From Myxococcota bacterium (GTDB lineage: Bacteria; Myxococcota_A; UBA796; SXON01), in NCBI GenBank assembly GCA_040386535.1, contig JAZKFH010000037.1:42430-106429 (forward strand): a stretch of DNA of 64,000 nucleotides, written 5' to 3'. The notes beneath the pieces are model-generated. The model had not been told where the DNA came from. It saw only the letters and a list, made by a program, of their open reading frames with translations, and searched no databases. A program made the translations under genes and the position numbers. Positions 50,019-59,176 of this stretch are shown piece by piece (position 1 is the stretch's first letter; every line of letters begins with the position of its first letter).

Positions 50019-52072
50019 GCGTCGTCACTTTCTACTCGTTCAAGGGCGGCGTGGGCCGAACGCAGGCCGTGGCGAACACTGCCGCGGAGCTCTGCAAGCG
50101 CGGTCAGCGCGTGATCATCGTCGACATGGATCTGGAGTCGCCCGGTGTCCACGCCTACTTCGGCAGCGACGAGGCGCACGCCACCGCCCCCGGCCTCCTC
50201 GACTACCTCGACGCATGGCGAACCGGCGACCAGCCGCCAAACGTGGACGACTACCTCGTCGACGTGAAGGCGGGCGCCGCCAGCATCCGCGTGATGGGGC
50301 CGGGGCGCCTGGACGGCACCTACGCGCGACGCATCGCCGCCTTGTCGTGGGAGCGCTTCTACAGCGAGGAAGACGGCGACCTCGTGATGGAGCGCCTGCG
50401 CGAGGAGCTGCTTCGCCGCGCGGACACCGTGCTCCTCGACAGCCGCACGGGCATGACCGACATCGGCACCATCTGCACGTTCCACCTCCCCGACGTGGTC
50501 GTTGCGCTCTTCGCGCTGCACGGCCAAGGCATCGACGGCACCGCGCTCATCGCCAAGGCGCTCGCCGGGCGCATGGGCGAGAAGGAATCGCGTCTCGAGC
50601 GTGTCCTCCTGGTGCCATCGCGCGTCGAGGAGGCTGACGGCACCCTCGTGACGGAGTGGATCGGGCGTGCTCGCAAGGCGTTCGAGGGCTTGCCTCCCAA
50701 CATCGGCTTGCTCGCCGCGCCGGACGGGACCACGTTCCGGATTCCCTACGATCGGGACGTGGCCTATGGGGAGCACGTTGTGGTCGACACGGCGAGCGAG
50801 GGGAAGTTGGCAGGGGCGTATCGGTTCTTGGTGGGGCGGTTGGTTGGGGAGCCTGCCGTTCTGGTTGACGACGAGGCGGATCAGTGGGAGGCGGAGGCGC
50901 TCCGCTTGGCGCGCTCGGGACGCGTCGACCAAGCACAAGGGCTCATGCGGAAAGTGGTAGCTCGTCGGCGGGAAGGGGCGGAAGACGAGGAGCGGCGGGC
51001 CACGTTGGCGCGGAGCCTGCGGACCCTGGCCAACTTGTTGTCGGATGTCGGCCGGTATGCCGAAGCGATTGTGATCGGCCGTGAGGGCACGGAGCTCTGT
51101 CGCGCAATCGCGGGCGATGGCGATATCTGGATGCGGGCGGCCCTGGCGCGCGCCCTGGGCGATCTTTCTGTGGACCTGTCGCGCCTGGGACGGCGTGAGG
51201 AGGCACTCGTTGCCGCCTTAGAGGTCAGTGAGCATTTTCGGGGCTTAGCGATAGTCAGCCAAGAGCATTTTGAGTCCGACCTAACTATGAGCTTAGACAA
51301 CCTGTCGAATGTTCTCGCTGAAGTCGGTGACTATCAGCGAGCATTGGCGGCTAGCGTGGAAGCTCTGGAGCGTCATCGCGGGCTCGCCCGGAAGGATCCT
51401 GTCCACCTGGAGAGCCTCGCGACGAGCCTGAGCAACATTTCCATTCGCTTCTCGCAGCTGAACGACTCGGAGCGCGCTCTGAGCGCGATTCAGGAGTCGA
51501 TCGAGGTGCTTCGGGTGGTCGCGGCGAAGGAACCAAATCTGTTCCGTTACCAGTTGGCGACCAGTCTCAATATCTTGTCGACCCATCTGGGTCGAGCGGG
51601 ACTTCGCGCCGAAGCCCTCGCGTCGGTCGAGGAATGCTTAACGTACTATCGGACTCTCGCTCATGAATTTCCGGATGTTCACGGGCGCGATCTTGCTGGT
51701 GCGCTAAATAATTTCGCGGGTTTACTGGCCGGCTTGGGCCGGTCTCAGGCGGCCCTCGCCGCCATGGAAGAGTCCATCGAAAGGCTGCGCGCGCAAACAG
51801 GAGAGCTACGGGACGCCTGCCAGCCCGACCTCGTACGCACGCTTGCGAACTACGCGGCGCTGCTAAGCAGACTAAACCGCCACGACGATGCGCGGTCCGC
51901 GGTAGAGGAGTCACTATTCCTCCTCCGCCCACTTTACGCACAGCTACCAGCGGCCTTCGCGTCGCAGGTCTCATACGCCGTCAACGCCTACCTCACCGCC
52001 TGCACCGCCCTCAACCGCCCCCCCGACGAAACCCTCCTCGCCGGCCTCCCCCGCCCGCCGCTCAAAAGTTGA
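50015..52072 (+). CDS. KGGVGR-variant ParA/MinD-like ATPase fused to TPR repeats
   Basis: MSVVTFYSFKGGVGRT, VDMDLESPG, LLDSRTG, VPSRVE, IPY; then repeated LA.SL.NL...G...EAL units. Confidence 0.88.
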   Translation: MSVVTFYSFKGGVGRTQAVANTAAELCKRGQRVIIVDMDLESPGVHAYFGSDEAHATAPGLLDYLDAWRTGDQPPNVDDYLVDVKAGAASIRVMGPGRLDGTYARRIAALSWERFYSEEDGDLVMERLREELLRRADTVLLDSRTGMTDIGTICTFHLPDVVVALFALHGQGIDGTALIAKALAGRMGEKESRLERVLLVPSRVEEADGTLVTEWIGRARKAFEGLPPNIGLLAAPDGTTFRIPYDRDVAYGEHVVVDTASEGKLAGAYRFLVGRLVGEPAVLVDDEADQWEAEALRLARSGRVDQAQGLMRKVVARRREGAEDEERRATLARSLRTLANLLSDVGRYAEAIVIGREGTELCRAIAGDGDIWMRAALARALGDLSVDLSRLGRREEALVAALEVSEHFRGLAIVSQEHFESDLTMSLDNLSNVLAEVGDYQRALAASVEALERHRGLARKDPVHLESLATSLSNISIRFSQLNDSERALSAIQESIEVLRVVAAKEPNLFRYQLATSLNILSTHLGRAGLRAEALASVEECLTYYRTLAHEFPDVHGRDLAGALNNFAGLLAGLGRSQAALAAMEESIERLRAQTGELRDACQPDLVRTLANYAALLSRLNRHDDARSAVEESLFLLRPLYAQLPAAFASQVSYAVNAYLTACTALNRPPDETLLAGLPRPPLKS

Positions 52073-53555
52073 TCATCACCCCGATCCCAACATCCACCAC
52101 CGGCGGCTTCACCGAGATCGCATCCTCCGTCACCCCGAGGATCGGCGGCACGTCCAAGCCGAAGCGGAGCTCCCCGATCTCGCCGTAGTGGCCCGCCACG
52201 TACGCGTTGATCGAGAGGAACGTGAGCGCGCGCACGCTGTAGTCGAGGCGCGACGTGTAGCTCTGGTCTGACAGGTTTCCGATGGTCGACACCGTGAAGC
52301 TGTGGTCGTCCCACTCGCCGGGGCCGGGGATGTACACGTAGGCGCCGGCGTAGTGGCGGCCCAGGTAGAAGGGGGTGTAGGCGTCGTTGAAGACCAGCCA
52401 GGGGTAGAGCGAGGCGTCGTCGTAGCCGGCGTCGTTGTAGAAGTACTCGGCGCCGATGGTGATGCTGTCCTCGTCGTTGTAGCGAATCGGGAACTCGACG
52501 CCCGCGACCACCTGGGGAACCCACTCGTCCTCGCGGGTGTAGGACTCGGGGGTCTCGATCGTGAGGAAGCTGGCGGCGCCGTCGGCATCGAGGGGGCCCC
52601 AGTCGAAGGTGCCCCGGTAGAATTGGGTGTCCAGGCCGTTGCTGATCGCGGCCTCGGCCTTCAGATCGAAGATCCAAACCGCGGTCGACACCTGGGCGCC
52701 GAGGCGCGTGGGGCGGTCCTTGCCGACGCTGCCCGACACCGCCACTTCGGTGAGCCCCACGACCTGCTCCAGCCGCCACGCGCCGCCCACCTGGTCGATG
52801 GCGTCGGCGCCCTCGATGTCGGCGAAGGCGTAGAGGTTGGTGCCGGTCTTCTCGAAGGGGATGTGCACCTTCACGAGGCCGACGCCCGTGCGCTCGTCGA
52901 AGAAGGCGAGGGGATCGAGGCGGGAGGGCTGAAGAAAATCCGTCGGGTTCCAGAAGCGCCCGGCGCCCCACTTCACGCGCTGGCGGCCCACGGTGACGAA
53001 CACCTTGCGCCCAACGTCGAAGTTGATCCACATCTGGTCGAGCAGGACCTTGGTGGGCTCGACGGGCTCGCCCAACGCGGAGGTGTCACCCGCCTGGGTG
53101 GAGAGGTTCTGCGAGAGCCGGCCCTGGACGTAGCCGCGCACCCGCTCGTTGGGCCGCGCGTCGACGAACAGGTCGAGGAAGTTGGGGCTGGAGAGCGTCA
53201 CGTCCTCGGGCTCGGCCTCCTCGGGGATCGCGGCGTTGAGCCGCAGGTAGAGCCGCCCGCCGATGGTCACGCGCTGATCGAGCGCCGCGAGCGTGTCGAA
53301 GATGCCGCCCGCACGCGACACGTCCCCGCCGGACATCAGATCGGTGTCCCGATCGCCGGTGGTCGGGGCGACGTCGGAAGCGGGCGTGTCGGGCGAGGGC
53401 GCGGGTCGCTCCGAGGGGGCACCAAAAATGTCATCGTCACGGTCTTCGGGCGGCGCCTCGGGCGGCGGATCCGCCGGTGCCTCCGCCGGAGGATCCGTCG
53501 GCGGCGCGTCCTCCGCGTACACCCAACTCGACAAGCCGAGTACGAGCGCGATCAT
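52062..53555 (-). CDS. Putative outer-membrane beta-barrel protein
   Basis: Signal peptide, Pro/Asp linker, VGRQRVKWGAGRFWNPTDF, terminal Phe; ATGA-coupled to upstream gene. Confidence 0.75.
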   Translation of the reverse strand: MIALVLGLSSWVYAEDAPPTDPPAEAPADPPPEAPPEDRDDDIFGAPSERPAPSPDTPASDVAPTTGDRDTDLMSGGDVSRAGGIFDTLAALDQRVTIGGRLYLRLNAAIPEEAEPEDVTLSSPNFLDLFVDARPNERVRGYVQGRLSQNLSTQAGDTSALGEPVEPTKVLLDQMWINFDVGRKVFVTVGRQRVKWGAGRFWNPTDFLQPSRLDPLAFFDERTGVGLVKVHIPFEKTGTNLYAFADIEGADAIDQVGGAWRLEQVVGLTEVAVSGSVGKDRPTRLGAQVSTAVWIFDLKAEAAISNGLDTQFYRGTFDWGPLDADGAASFLTIETPESYTREDEWVPQVVAGVEFPIRYNDEDSITIGAEYFYNDAGYDDASLYPWLVFNDAYTPFYLGRHYAGAYVYIPGPGEWDDHSFTVSTIGNLSDQSYTSRLDYSVRALTFLSINAYVAGHYGEIGELRFGLDVPPILGVTEDAISVKPPVVDVGIGVMINF

Positions 53556-54373
53556 CGGCTCTTGCTCTCGAGCCAGGCCTTGGTGAAGATGCTGTCGTCC
53601 AGGCTGTTCAAGTCCACGCTCTGCATCACGATGGTCGTCGTGTTGCCCTTCTCCACCTCGTCGAAGATGCGGATCTCCTTCGGGGTGTACACGTCCGCCT
53701 TCTTCGAGGGCGAGAACTGCTTGTTCCACTCGGGGTAGTAGGTCGTGCGCATGAGCCGGCCCGAGAGCGCGAAGTCCTGGCGCTTGAGGATGTTGGTCGT
53801 GCCCTGGTCCAACCACAGCTCGACCACCGGATAGGAGACGTCGAAGCCGGTGTTGGCGGTGAGCTTGAGGTGGTTCACCTTGTACTTGCCGAGGGTCTCC
53901 TCCGCGACGAACGTGGCGGTGTACTCCTCGGCCAGCCGCGACTCGTCGAAGTCGGCGCGTTGGGAGTCGGTCCCGCCGATGCGCTCCCGCTCGGTGCGGC
54001 GCTCCCACCGGCCCACGGAGGGGTCGTACATGAACAGGTTCTTGTCCACCCGCAGGTAGCCCTTGCCGGCCTCGCTCTGGGGCTTCAGGAACATGATGAC
54101 GAGCTTGTCCGTCTCGTCGCGGCGGTACACCACGGCCTGGTACACCAGATCCGACTTGTCCTTCTCCTTCTGCTCGATGTACACGAGCGACTTGTAGTCG
54201 CCGCTGTTGCGCTGCCGATCGTCGACCGTCTGGAGCATCTTCACGAGCTCGGCGGCGGCGGGCGCGGCGTGCGCCTCCGGGATGATCTCGGGGAGGACCG
54301 GCAGCGCGGCGAGCGTGCCCGCGGTGCCGACCACGAACCAGGCGAGGAGAGCGAGCTTGGAGGGCATCTTCAT
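53552..54373 (-). CDS. Outer membrane lipoprotein-sorting protein (LolA-like)
   Basis: FLKPQSEAGKGYL, LFMYDP, GTDS..DF, LDDSIFTK. Confidence 0.85.
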   Translation of the reverse strand: MKMPSKLALLAWFVVGTAGTLAALPVLPEIIPEAHAAPAAAELVKMLQTVDDRQRNSGDYKSLVYIEQKEKDKSDLVYQAVVYRRDETDKLVIMFLKPQSEAGKGYLRVDKNLFMYDPSVGRWERRTERERIGGTDSQRADFDESRLAEEYTATFVAEETLGKYKVNHLKLTANTGFDVSYPVVELWLDQGTTNILKRQDFALSGRLMRTTYYPEWNKQFSPSKKADVYTPKEIRIFDEVEKGNTTTIVMQSVDLNSLDDSIFTKAWLESKSR

Positions 54374-54398
54374 GGTTCACACTCTTCGGGGGAGGGGA

Positions 54399-55742
54399 TC
54401 ATTCGGCGTGGGCCAGGGCCTTGACCGGCTGCAGCTTCGAGGCGCGGATGGCCGGCCAGAGCGCCGAGAGGCTGGTGAAGACCGTCAGGAACAGGATGGC
54501 GGTGAGCAACGATTGGGGGTGCACGGCGAGGTGCAGCTCGTTGGAGAGCAGGATGGTCCGCACCGCGTCGGAGGGCACGGGGATGCGGGCGGCGTCGACT
54601 CCGAGGGCGATGCCCCCTCCCAACACCGCGCCGGCCACGGTGGCGCCGAGCCCGAGGAACAGCGACTCGAGCAGGAACAGGATCAGCACCTGCCGCTGCG
54701 ACATGCCGATGGCGCGCATGGTGCCGACCTCGCGGGTGCGCTCCCGCACGGCGTTCCACATCGCGTTCATGATGCCGACGGCGATGATGACGACGAGGAT
54801 GAGGGTGAGGAACCAGGTGACCGTGTCGAACGCGGTGAGCACCCAGGTGAGGAACGACACCTCGTCCTGCCACCAGGTGACATCCAACTTCTGGCCGGTC
54901 CAATCCTCACCCTGCACCGCCTCGAACTTGAAGAAGAACGGGTTGGACTCGTGGTCGCGGAGCTGGAAGCCCGCGTCGATCAAGGCGCCGCTCACGACCG
55001 ACATGGTCGCTTCCGACTTCTCGATGTCGTCGAGGTACACCCACAAGGCGCCGGTGGTGTCGCTGTTCAGTTGGTACAGATCGAGCACGAGCGACTTTGG
55101 AACGAACACCGAGAAGCTGGAGAGCAGTCCGAGGTCCCGCGCGATTGCGACCACCGTGGCGTCCGCCGTGTTGGACGCGCCGCTCATCGTCTCGGTCTTG
55201 ATGGTGACGACATCCCCCACGCCGACGCCCAGGCGCTTGGCCTGGCCGGCGAACAGCACGATCGTGTCGTCCTCCGCGAGGCGGCGCGCGTCGCCGAAGA
55301 TCTGCTCGCTTCCGCCTTCCTTGTACTCCTTCTCCTCCGCGAGCATCAGGCGCTCGAAGAAGCGGCCCTCGTCCGCGGCGATGAGCCCGGTGAGCCCGCT
55401 CTGCACGGCGCCGGTCTCGCTGACGATCTTGCCCCAGCCGCGGTGCCGCTCGACGATGTAGTCCAGGCCCGGGGTGCTCTTCTCCACCACCTCGCGCACC
55501 TTCGCCACACCCGTGACGATGGGGAACGCGGTGCCGGTGGTGGGCTTCCAGAACCCGGCCACGTTGACATGCCCGGCTGACATGGTCGTGGCCGAGTTGA
55601 TCAGGTTCTCGTTGATGCCGCGCGAGAGCGACATCAGCAGCACGAGGAACGTGGTGACGAGCCCGATGGCGAGCGAGAGGAGCGCCGTGCGGCGGCGCGA
55701 CTGGAACAGGTTCCGGAGCGCGATCGAGAAGAGGACGCCCAT
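54399..55742 (-). CDS. ABC transporter permease (FtsX/LolE-like)
   Basis: IALRNL..RRRT, ERTREVGTMRAIGM, PAIRASKLQP. Confidence 0.9.
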   Translation of the reverse strand: MGVLFSIALRNLFQSRRRTALLSLAIGLVTTFLVLLMSLSRGINENLINSATTMSAGHVNVAGFWKPTTGTAFPIVTGVAKVREVVEKSTPGLDYIVERHRGWGKIVSETGAVQSGLTGLIAADEGRFFERLMLAEEKEYKEGGSEQIFGDARRLAEDDTIVLFAGQAKRLGVGVGDVVTIKTETMSGASNTADATVVAIARDLGLLSSFSVFVPKSLVLDLYQLNSDTTGALWVYLDDIEKSEATMSVVSGALIDAGFQLRDHESNPFFFKFEAVQGEDWTGQKLDVTWWQDEVSFLTWVLTAFDTVTWFLTLILVVIIAVGIMNAMWNAVRERTREVGTMRAIGMSQRQVLILFLLESLFLGLGATVAGAVLGGGIALGVDAARIPVPSDAVRTILLSNELHLAVHPQSLLTAILFLTVFTSLSALWPAIRASKLQPVKALAHAE

Positions 55743-55744
55743 GG

Positions 55745-57838
55745 TTACTCCTTGGCCTGCATGGCGACGACCGGCGGAACCCGCGCGGCGAGCACCGAGG
55801 GGTACAACGTGGAGAGCGCGCTGATCGCGAGGATGCTGACCATCCCGAAGGCGATGTTGGTCGCGGTGAACACCGGATAGAGGCGCGGCCCCGCGAAGAG
55901 CAGGACCAGGGCGTCCGCCACGGCGGGCACGCCGACATGGTTGAGCCAGGTGATGAACAGGGCGCCGGCCCCCGCGCCGAGGCCGCCGGCGATGGCGCCG
56001 AGCAGCATGGTCTCGACGAGGAACAACAGGATGACGAAGCCGCGCTGTGCCCCGATGGCGCGCATGGTGCCGATCTCGGTGGTGCGCTCCATCGTCGCCA
56101 TCACCATGGTGTTGTTGATGATGACCAGGGCGACCAGGAAGATGATGAAGATGGCGGTGTAGAGCACCACCTGGAGCACCATCACCAGCTGACCGACGAT
56201 GCCGGACGCGCTCTGCCAATCCACCGCCTGCACGGCTAGCCCCTTGTCCTTGGCGCTCGCCGTGATCTTCTCGATCATGGCGGGCACGTCGTCCGGGTTG
56301 TCCAGGATGACGGCGGCGGTGAGCGCGAGGCCGTCCTCCATCTGGGCGGTGGTGTAGGTCGTGGTGTCCAGCGTGCCCGCGGTGGCCGCGGCGCCGAGCT
56401 GCACGCCGGCGAACTCGTCGAAGCCCGCGCCCGCGGTGGTGGTCTCCGCCTCGAGCGAGCCGCCGCCGCCGAACAGCGCGTCCTCCGCGTTGTCACGGGT
56501 GACACTCTTGACGCCCGACGAGGCCTTGATGTCGGCGAGCTCGTTCAGTTGGTCGTCCGTCATCTTCCCGTAGAGGGAGCGGAACGTGAGCATGTCGACG
56601 AGGTTGTTGGCGCCGGCCAGGTCGCTGGTCTCCAGGCCGGAGAACTCGAAGGTGCCGTACACCTTGACGTTCACGGCGCGGATGTAGCCGCTCTTGGTGA
56701 ACGACCGGAGGGTCACCTCCTCGCCGATGGGGATCTCGTACAGGCGCACCCGCGGCGCGATCTCCTGGTAGAACCAGGTGTACCGGTCGGCGAAGGTGCT
56801 GTCGTCCATCTTGAGGAAGGATTGGAGGAGCACCGCGAGGTCGGGCTCGGTGGAGCCGAGCTTGGCCCGCAACAGATCCGCCACGATCGTGGCGTCCTTC
56901 GGGGAGAGCTGGAATTGGATCCGTTGGTACTGGGTGGCCGTGCGGGCGACCAACTCGGACACCACCGCGTCGGTCGCGATGGTCTTGCCCTGGTCCAGCG
57001 CCTTCTTCACCTTGTCGAGCTCGCGCGCGACGAAGTTCTTGGCCTGCTTCTCGTAGAACGCCTTCGAGAGCAGCACCCCGCGCTGTCCGGGGGGGACGAG
57101 CTGGCCGTCCACGAGGCGGAAGCGGTCGAAGTTCTGGGGGAAGGTGTCGAGGTTGGTGCCGATGGTGCGCAGGTAGAGCATCCGGCCGTCGGCCGCGATG
57201 GGCGCCACCTTGTTGTCCAACCAATCGAGCGTGCCGACCGGGTCGGCGGCGAGCGCCTCGGCGAAGCCGGGGGCGGTCACGCGGTCGAGCGCGTCGAGGT
57301 TGGCCTGCGCCTTCTCCGGCTCCGCGGTGGTCGTGGCGGCCATCGCCACGTCCTTGCGCATGCGCCCGGCGATCTGCACGAGCTGCTGGGTGCGCATGCG
57401 CGTCCCGTCGGCGTCGCCGTCTCGCGTCGCGTTGCGCAGATCGCCGAGGACGCGGTCGATCTCCGTGCCGCCGAACACGGTAGCGGTGGCGATGCCCATC
57501 GGGGTCACCGACTTGACGCCGTCGATGTCCATGAGCGCCTGGCGCAAGGGCTTGAACTCGTCGATCTCCCCGTAGTCGGGCGTGCTCATGCCCATGCTGC
57601 CGAACAGGGCGAGGGGGTCCTCCGCCTCGGAGGAGTACACCTGGATGTTCCCCGACAGGCTGGACGTGATGCTCTTCTCCATCGAGCCACGGATGCTGTC
57701 GAGCATCGACGTGCCACTCACGACGAGGAAGGTGCCGAAGAACATGATCAGGCCGACCACGCCGGACTTGACGCGGTGAACCACGAGGTTGCGGAGCGCC
57801 ATCCGCAACAGGACGCCGAGCGCGGCCGCCCCGTTCAT
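55745..57838 (-). CDS. ABC transporter permease (FtsX-like) with large periplasmic insertion
   Basis: MALRNL, ERTTEIGTMRAIGA, YPSVLAARVPP. Confidence 0.9.
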   Translation of the reverse strand: MNGAAALGVLLRMALRNLVVHRVKSGVVGLIMFFGTFLVVSGTSMLDSIRGSMEKSITSSLSGNIQVYSSEAEDPLALFGSMGMSTPDYGEIDEFKPLRQALMDIDGVKSVTPMGIATATVFGGTEIDRVLGDLRNATRDGDADGTRMRTQQLVQIAGRMRKDVAMAATTTAEPEKAQANLDALDRVTAPGFAEALAADPVGTLDWLDNKVAPIAADGRMLYLRTIGTNLDTFPQNFDRFRLVDGQLVPPGQRGVLLSKAFYEKQAKNFVARELDKVKKALDQGKTIATDAVVSELVARTATQYQRIQFQLSPKDATIVADLLRAKLGSTEPDLAVLLQSFLKMDDSTFADRYTWFYQEIAPRVRLYEIPIGEEVTLRSFTKSGYIRAVNVKVYGTFEFSGLETSDLAGANNLVDMLTFRSLYGKMTDDQLNELADIKASSGVKSVTRDNAEDALFGGGGSLEAETTTAGAGFDEFAGVQLGAAATAGTLDTTTYTTAQMEDGLALTAAVILDNPDDVPAMIEKITASAKDKGLAVQAVDWQSASGIVGQLVMVLQVVLYTAIFIIFLVALVIINNTMVMATMERTTEIGTMRAIGAQRGFVILLFLVETMLLGAIAGGLGAGAGALFITWLNHVGVPAVADALVLLFAGPRLYPVFTATNIAFGMVSILAISALSTLYPSVLAARVPPVVAMQAKE

Positions 57839-58587
57839 GCGTGCACCCCGCCCCCGCCATCCGGCGACGACCCCTCGGGCAGCGCCGCGCCGCGCGACGC
57901 GGAGAGCCCCGCGGCGTCGAGCATCCCGTCGAGGATGCGCACCACGCGGTCGGCGCGGCTCATCACCTTCTCGTCGTGGGTGGAGAAGATGAACGTGGTG
58001 TGGTCGGTGCGGTTGATCTCCCGCATCAGCTCGATGATCTGGTTGCCGGTCACCGAGTCGAGGTTGGCCGTCGGCTCGTCGGCGAGGACGATCGCGGGCC
58101 GGGTGACGAGCGCGCGGGCGATCGCGACGCGCTGGCGCTGACCGCCGGAGAGCTCGTTCGGCCGCTGGCCGGCGAACTGGCGCAGGCCGACCTTCTCGAT
58201 CACGTCGTCCACGCGGGCGGTGCGCTCGGCCTTGCTCAGGCCGCCCTGCAGGAGCAGGGGGAACTCGACGTTCTGCTTGATGTCGAGCACGTTGATCAGG
58301 TTGAAGCTTTGGAAGATGAACCCGATGCTGTTCAGCCGCAGGGCGGTGAGCTGCTTGTCGGTGAGGCTGCCGGTCGACTTGTTGTCGACCCACACCTCGC
58401 CCGCCGTCGCCACGTCGATGCACCCGATGAGGTTCAGGAGCGTGGTCTTGCCGCTGCCGGAGGGCCCGGCGATGACGGTGAACTCGCCCTTGTCGATCGT
58501 CAGGTTGACCTTGCGCAACGCGTGCACGGTGACCTTCCCGAGCGGGTAGTCCTTCACGACGTCGACGATACGAACGATCCCGCTCAT
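57835..58587 (-). CDS. ABC transporter ATP-binding protein (LolD/MacB-like)
   Basis: GPSGSGKT, LSGGQRQR, LADEPTANLD, STHD. Confidence 0.95.
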   Translation of the reverse strand: MSGIVRIVDVVKDYPLGKVTVHALRKVNLTIDKGEFTVIAGPSGSGKTTLLNLIGCIDVATAGEVWVDNKSTGSLTDKQLTALRLNSIGFIFQSFNLINVLDIKQNVEFPLLLQGGLSKAERTARVDDVIEKVGLRQFAGQRPNELSGGQRQRVAIARALVTRPAIVLADEPTANLDSVTGNQIIELMREINRTDHTTFIFSTHDEKVMSRADRVVRILDGMLDAAGLSASRGAALPEGSSPDGGGGVHA

Positions 58588-59051
58588 GACGAGCCTCCGG
58601 TCTTCAATTGGGTGATCACTTGTTCGAAGGCGTCGGCCAGCCGTGCCCGTGTCTCCGGGTCGACCTTGCCGAACGCCACCTGCAATTCGTGCGCGCGTTG
58701 CTCCGCCATCTGGTCGAGCATCTCGAGCGCGGCGGGAGTGACCTCGAGCTGGCGCTGACGCCGATCGTCCGCGTTCTCCCGCCGGGTGACCCAGCCCTTC
58801 TCGACCAGCCGCTCGACGAGGTGGCTCGTGGCGCTGGCGGACAGACGCAGATCGTCCATGAGGCGAAGCGTCGAGAACGGCCCCTCGTAGCGGAGAACCT
58901 GCAGCGCCACCATCTGCGGGAGGGTGAGCTGATGCGTGTTCATCATCTCGAGCGTGCCCGCGCCCGCGGCCTTGTTGATGAGGCCCATGAGCTGGTGCAG
59001 CATCCCGCCGAGGCGGGCGATCTCGTGTTCGTGCGTGTGCGGCGAGGACAT
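58584..59051 (-). CDS. MarR family transcriptional regulator
   Basis: LTLPQ, ATSHLVERLVEKGWV.R, DDRR. Confidence 0.92.
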   Translation of the reverse strand: MSSPHTHEHEIARLGGMLHQLMGLINKAAGAGTLEMMNTHQLTLPQMVALQVLRYEGPFSTLRLMDDLRLSASATSHLVERLVEKGWVTRRENADDRRQRQLEVTPAALEMLDQMAEQRAHELQVAFGKVDPETRARLADAFEQVITQLKTGGSS

Positions 59052-59061
59052 GGAGCCTGGG

Positions 59062-59101
59062 ACTATCCGATAGGCAGGATAGTTCGAAGCGTCGAACTAT
59101 C
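59062..59101. promoter_or_regulatory. Putative MarR operator (overlapping inverted repeats)
   Basis: GATAGTTCGA-N4-TCGAACTATC (59078-59101) and ACTATCC-N8-GGATAGT (59062-59083) directly upstream of the MarR start. Confidence 0.7.
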
Positions 59102-59176
59102 GCGACCGCGACCGCGAGCAAGGGACGATCGTGTGAAGAAGTGCGAAGAGGCCCCGCCGACGCCCGAAGGCCGCGC

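Noticed and set aside
50015..50850. Chromosome or plasmid partition ParA
   Set aside because: Walker A is KGGVGRT, the domain is fused to TPRs, and there is no parB or parS nearby.
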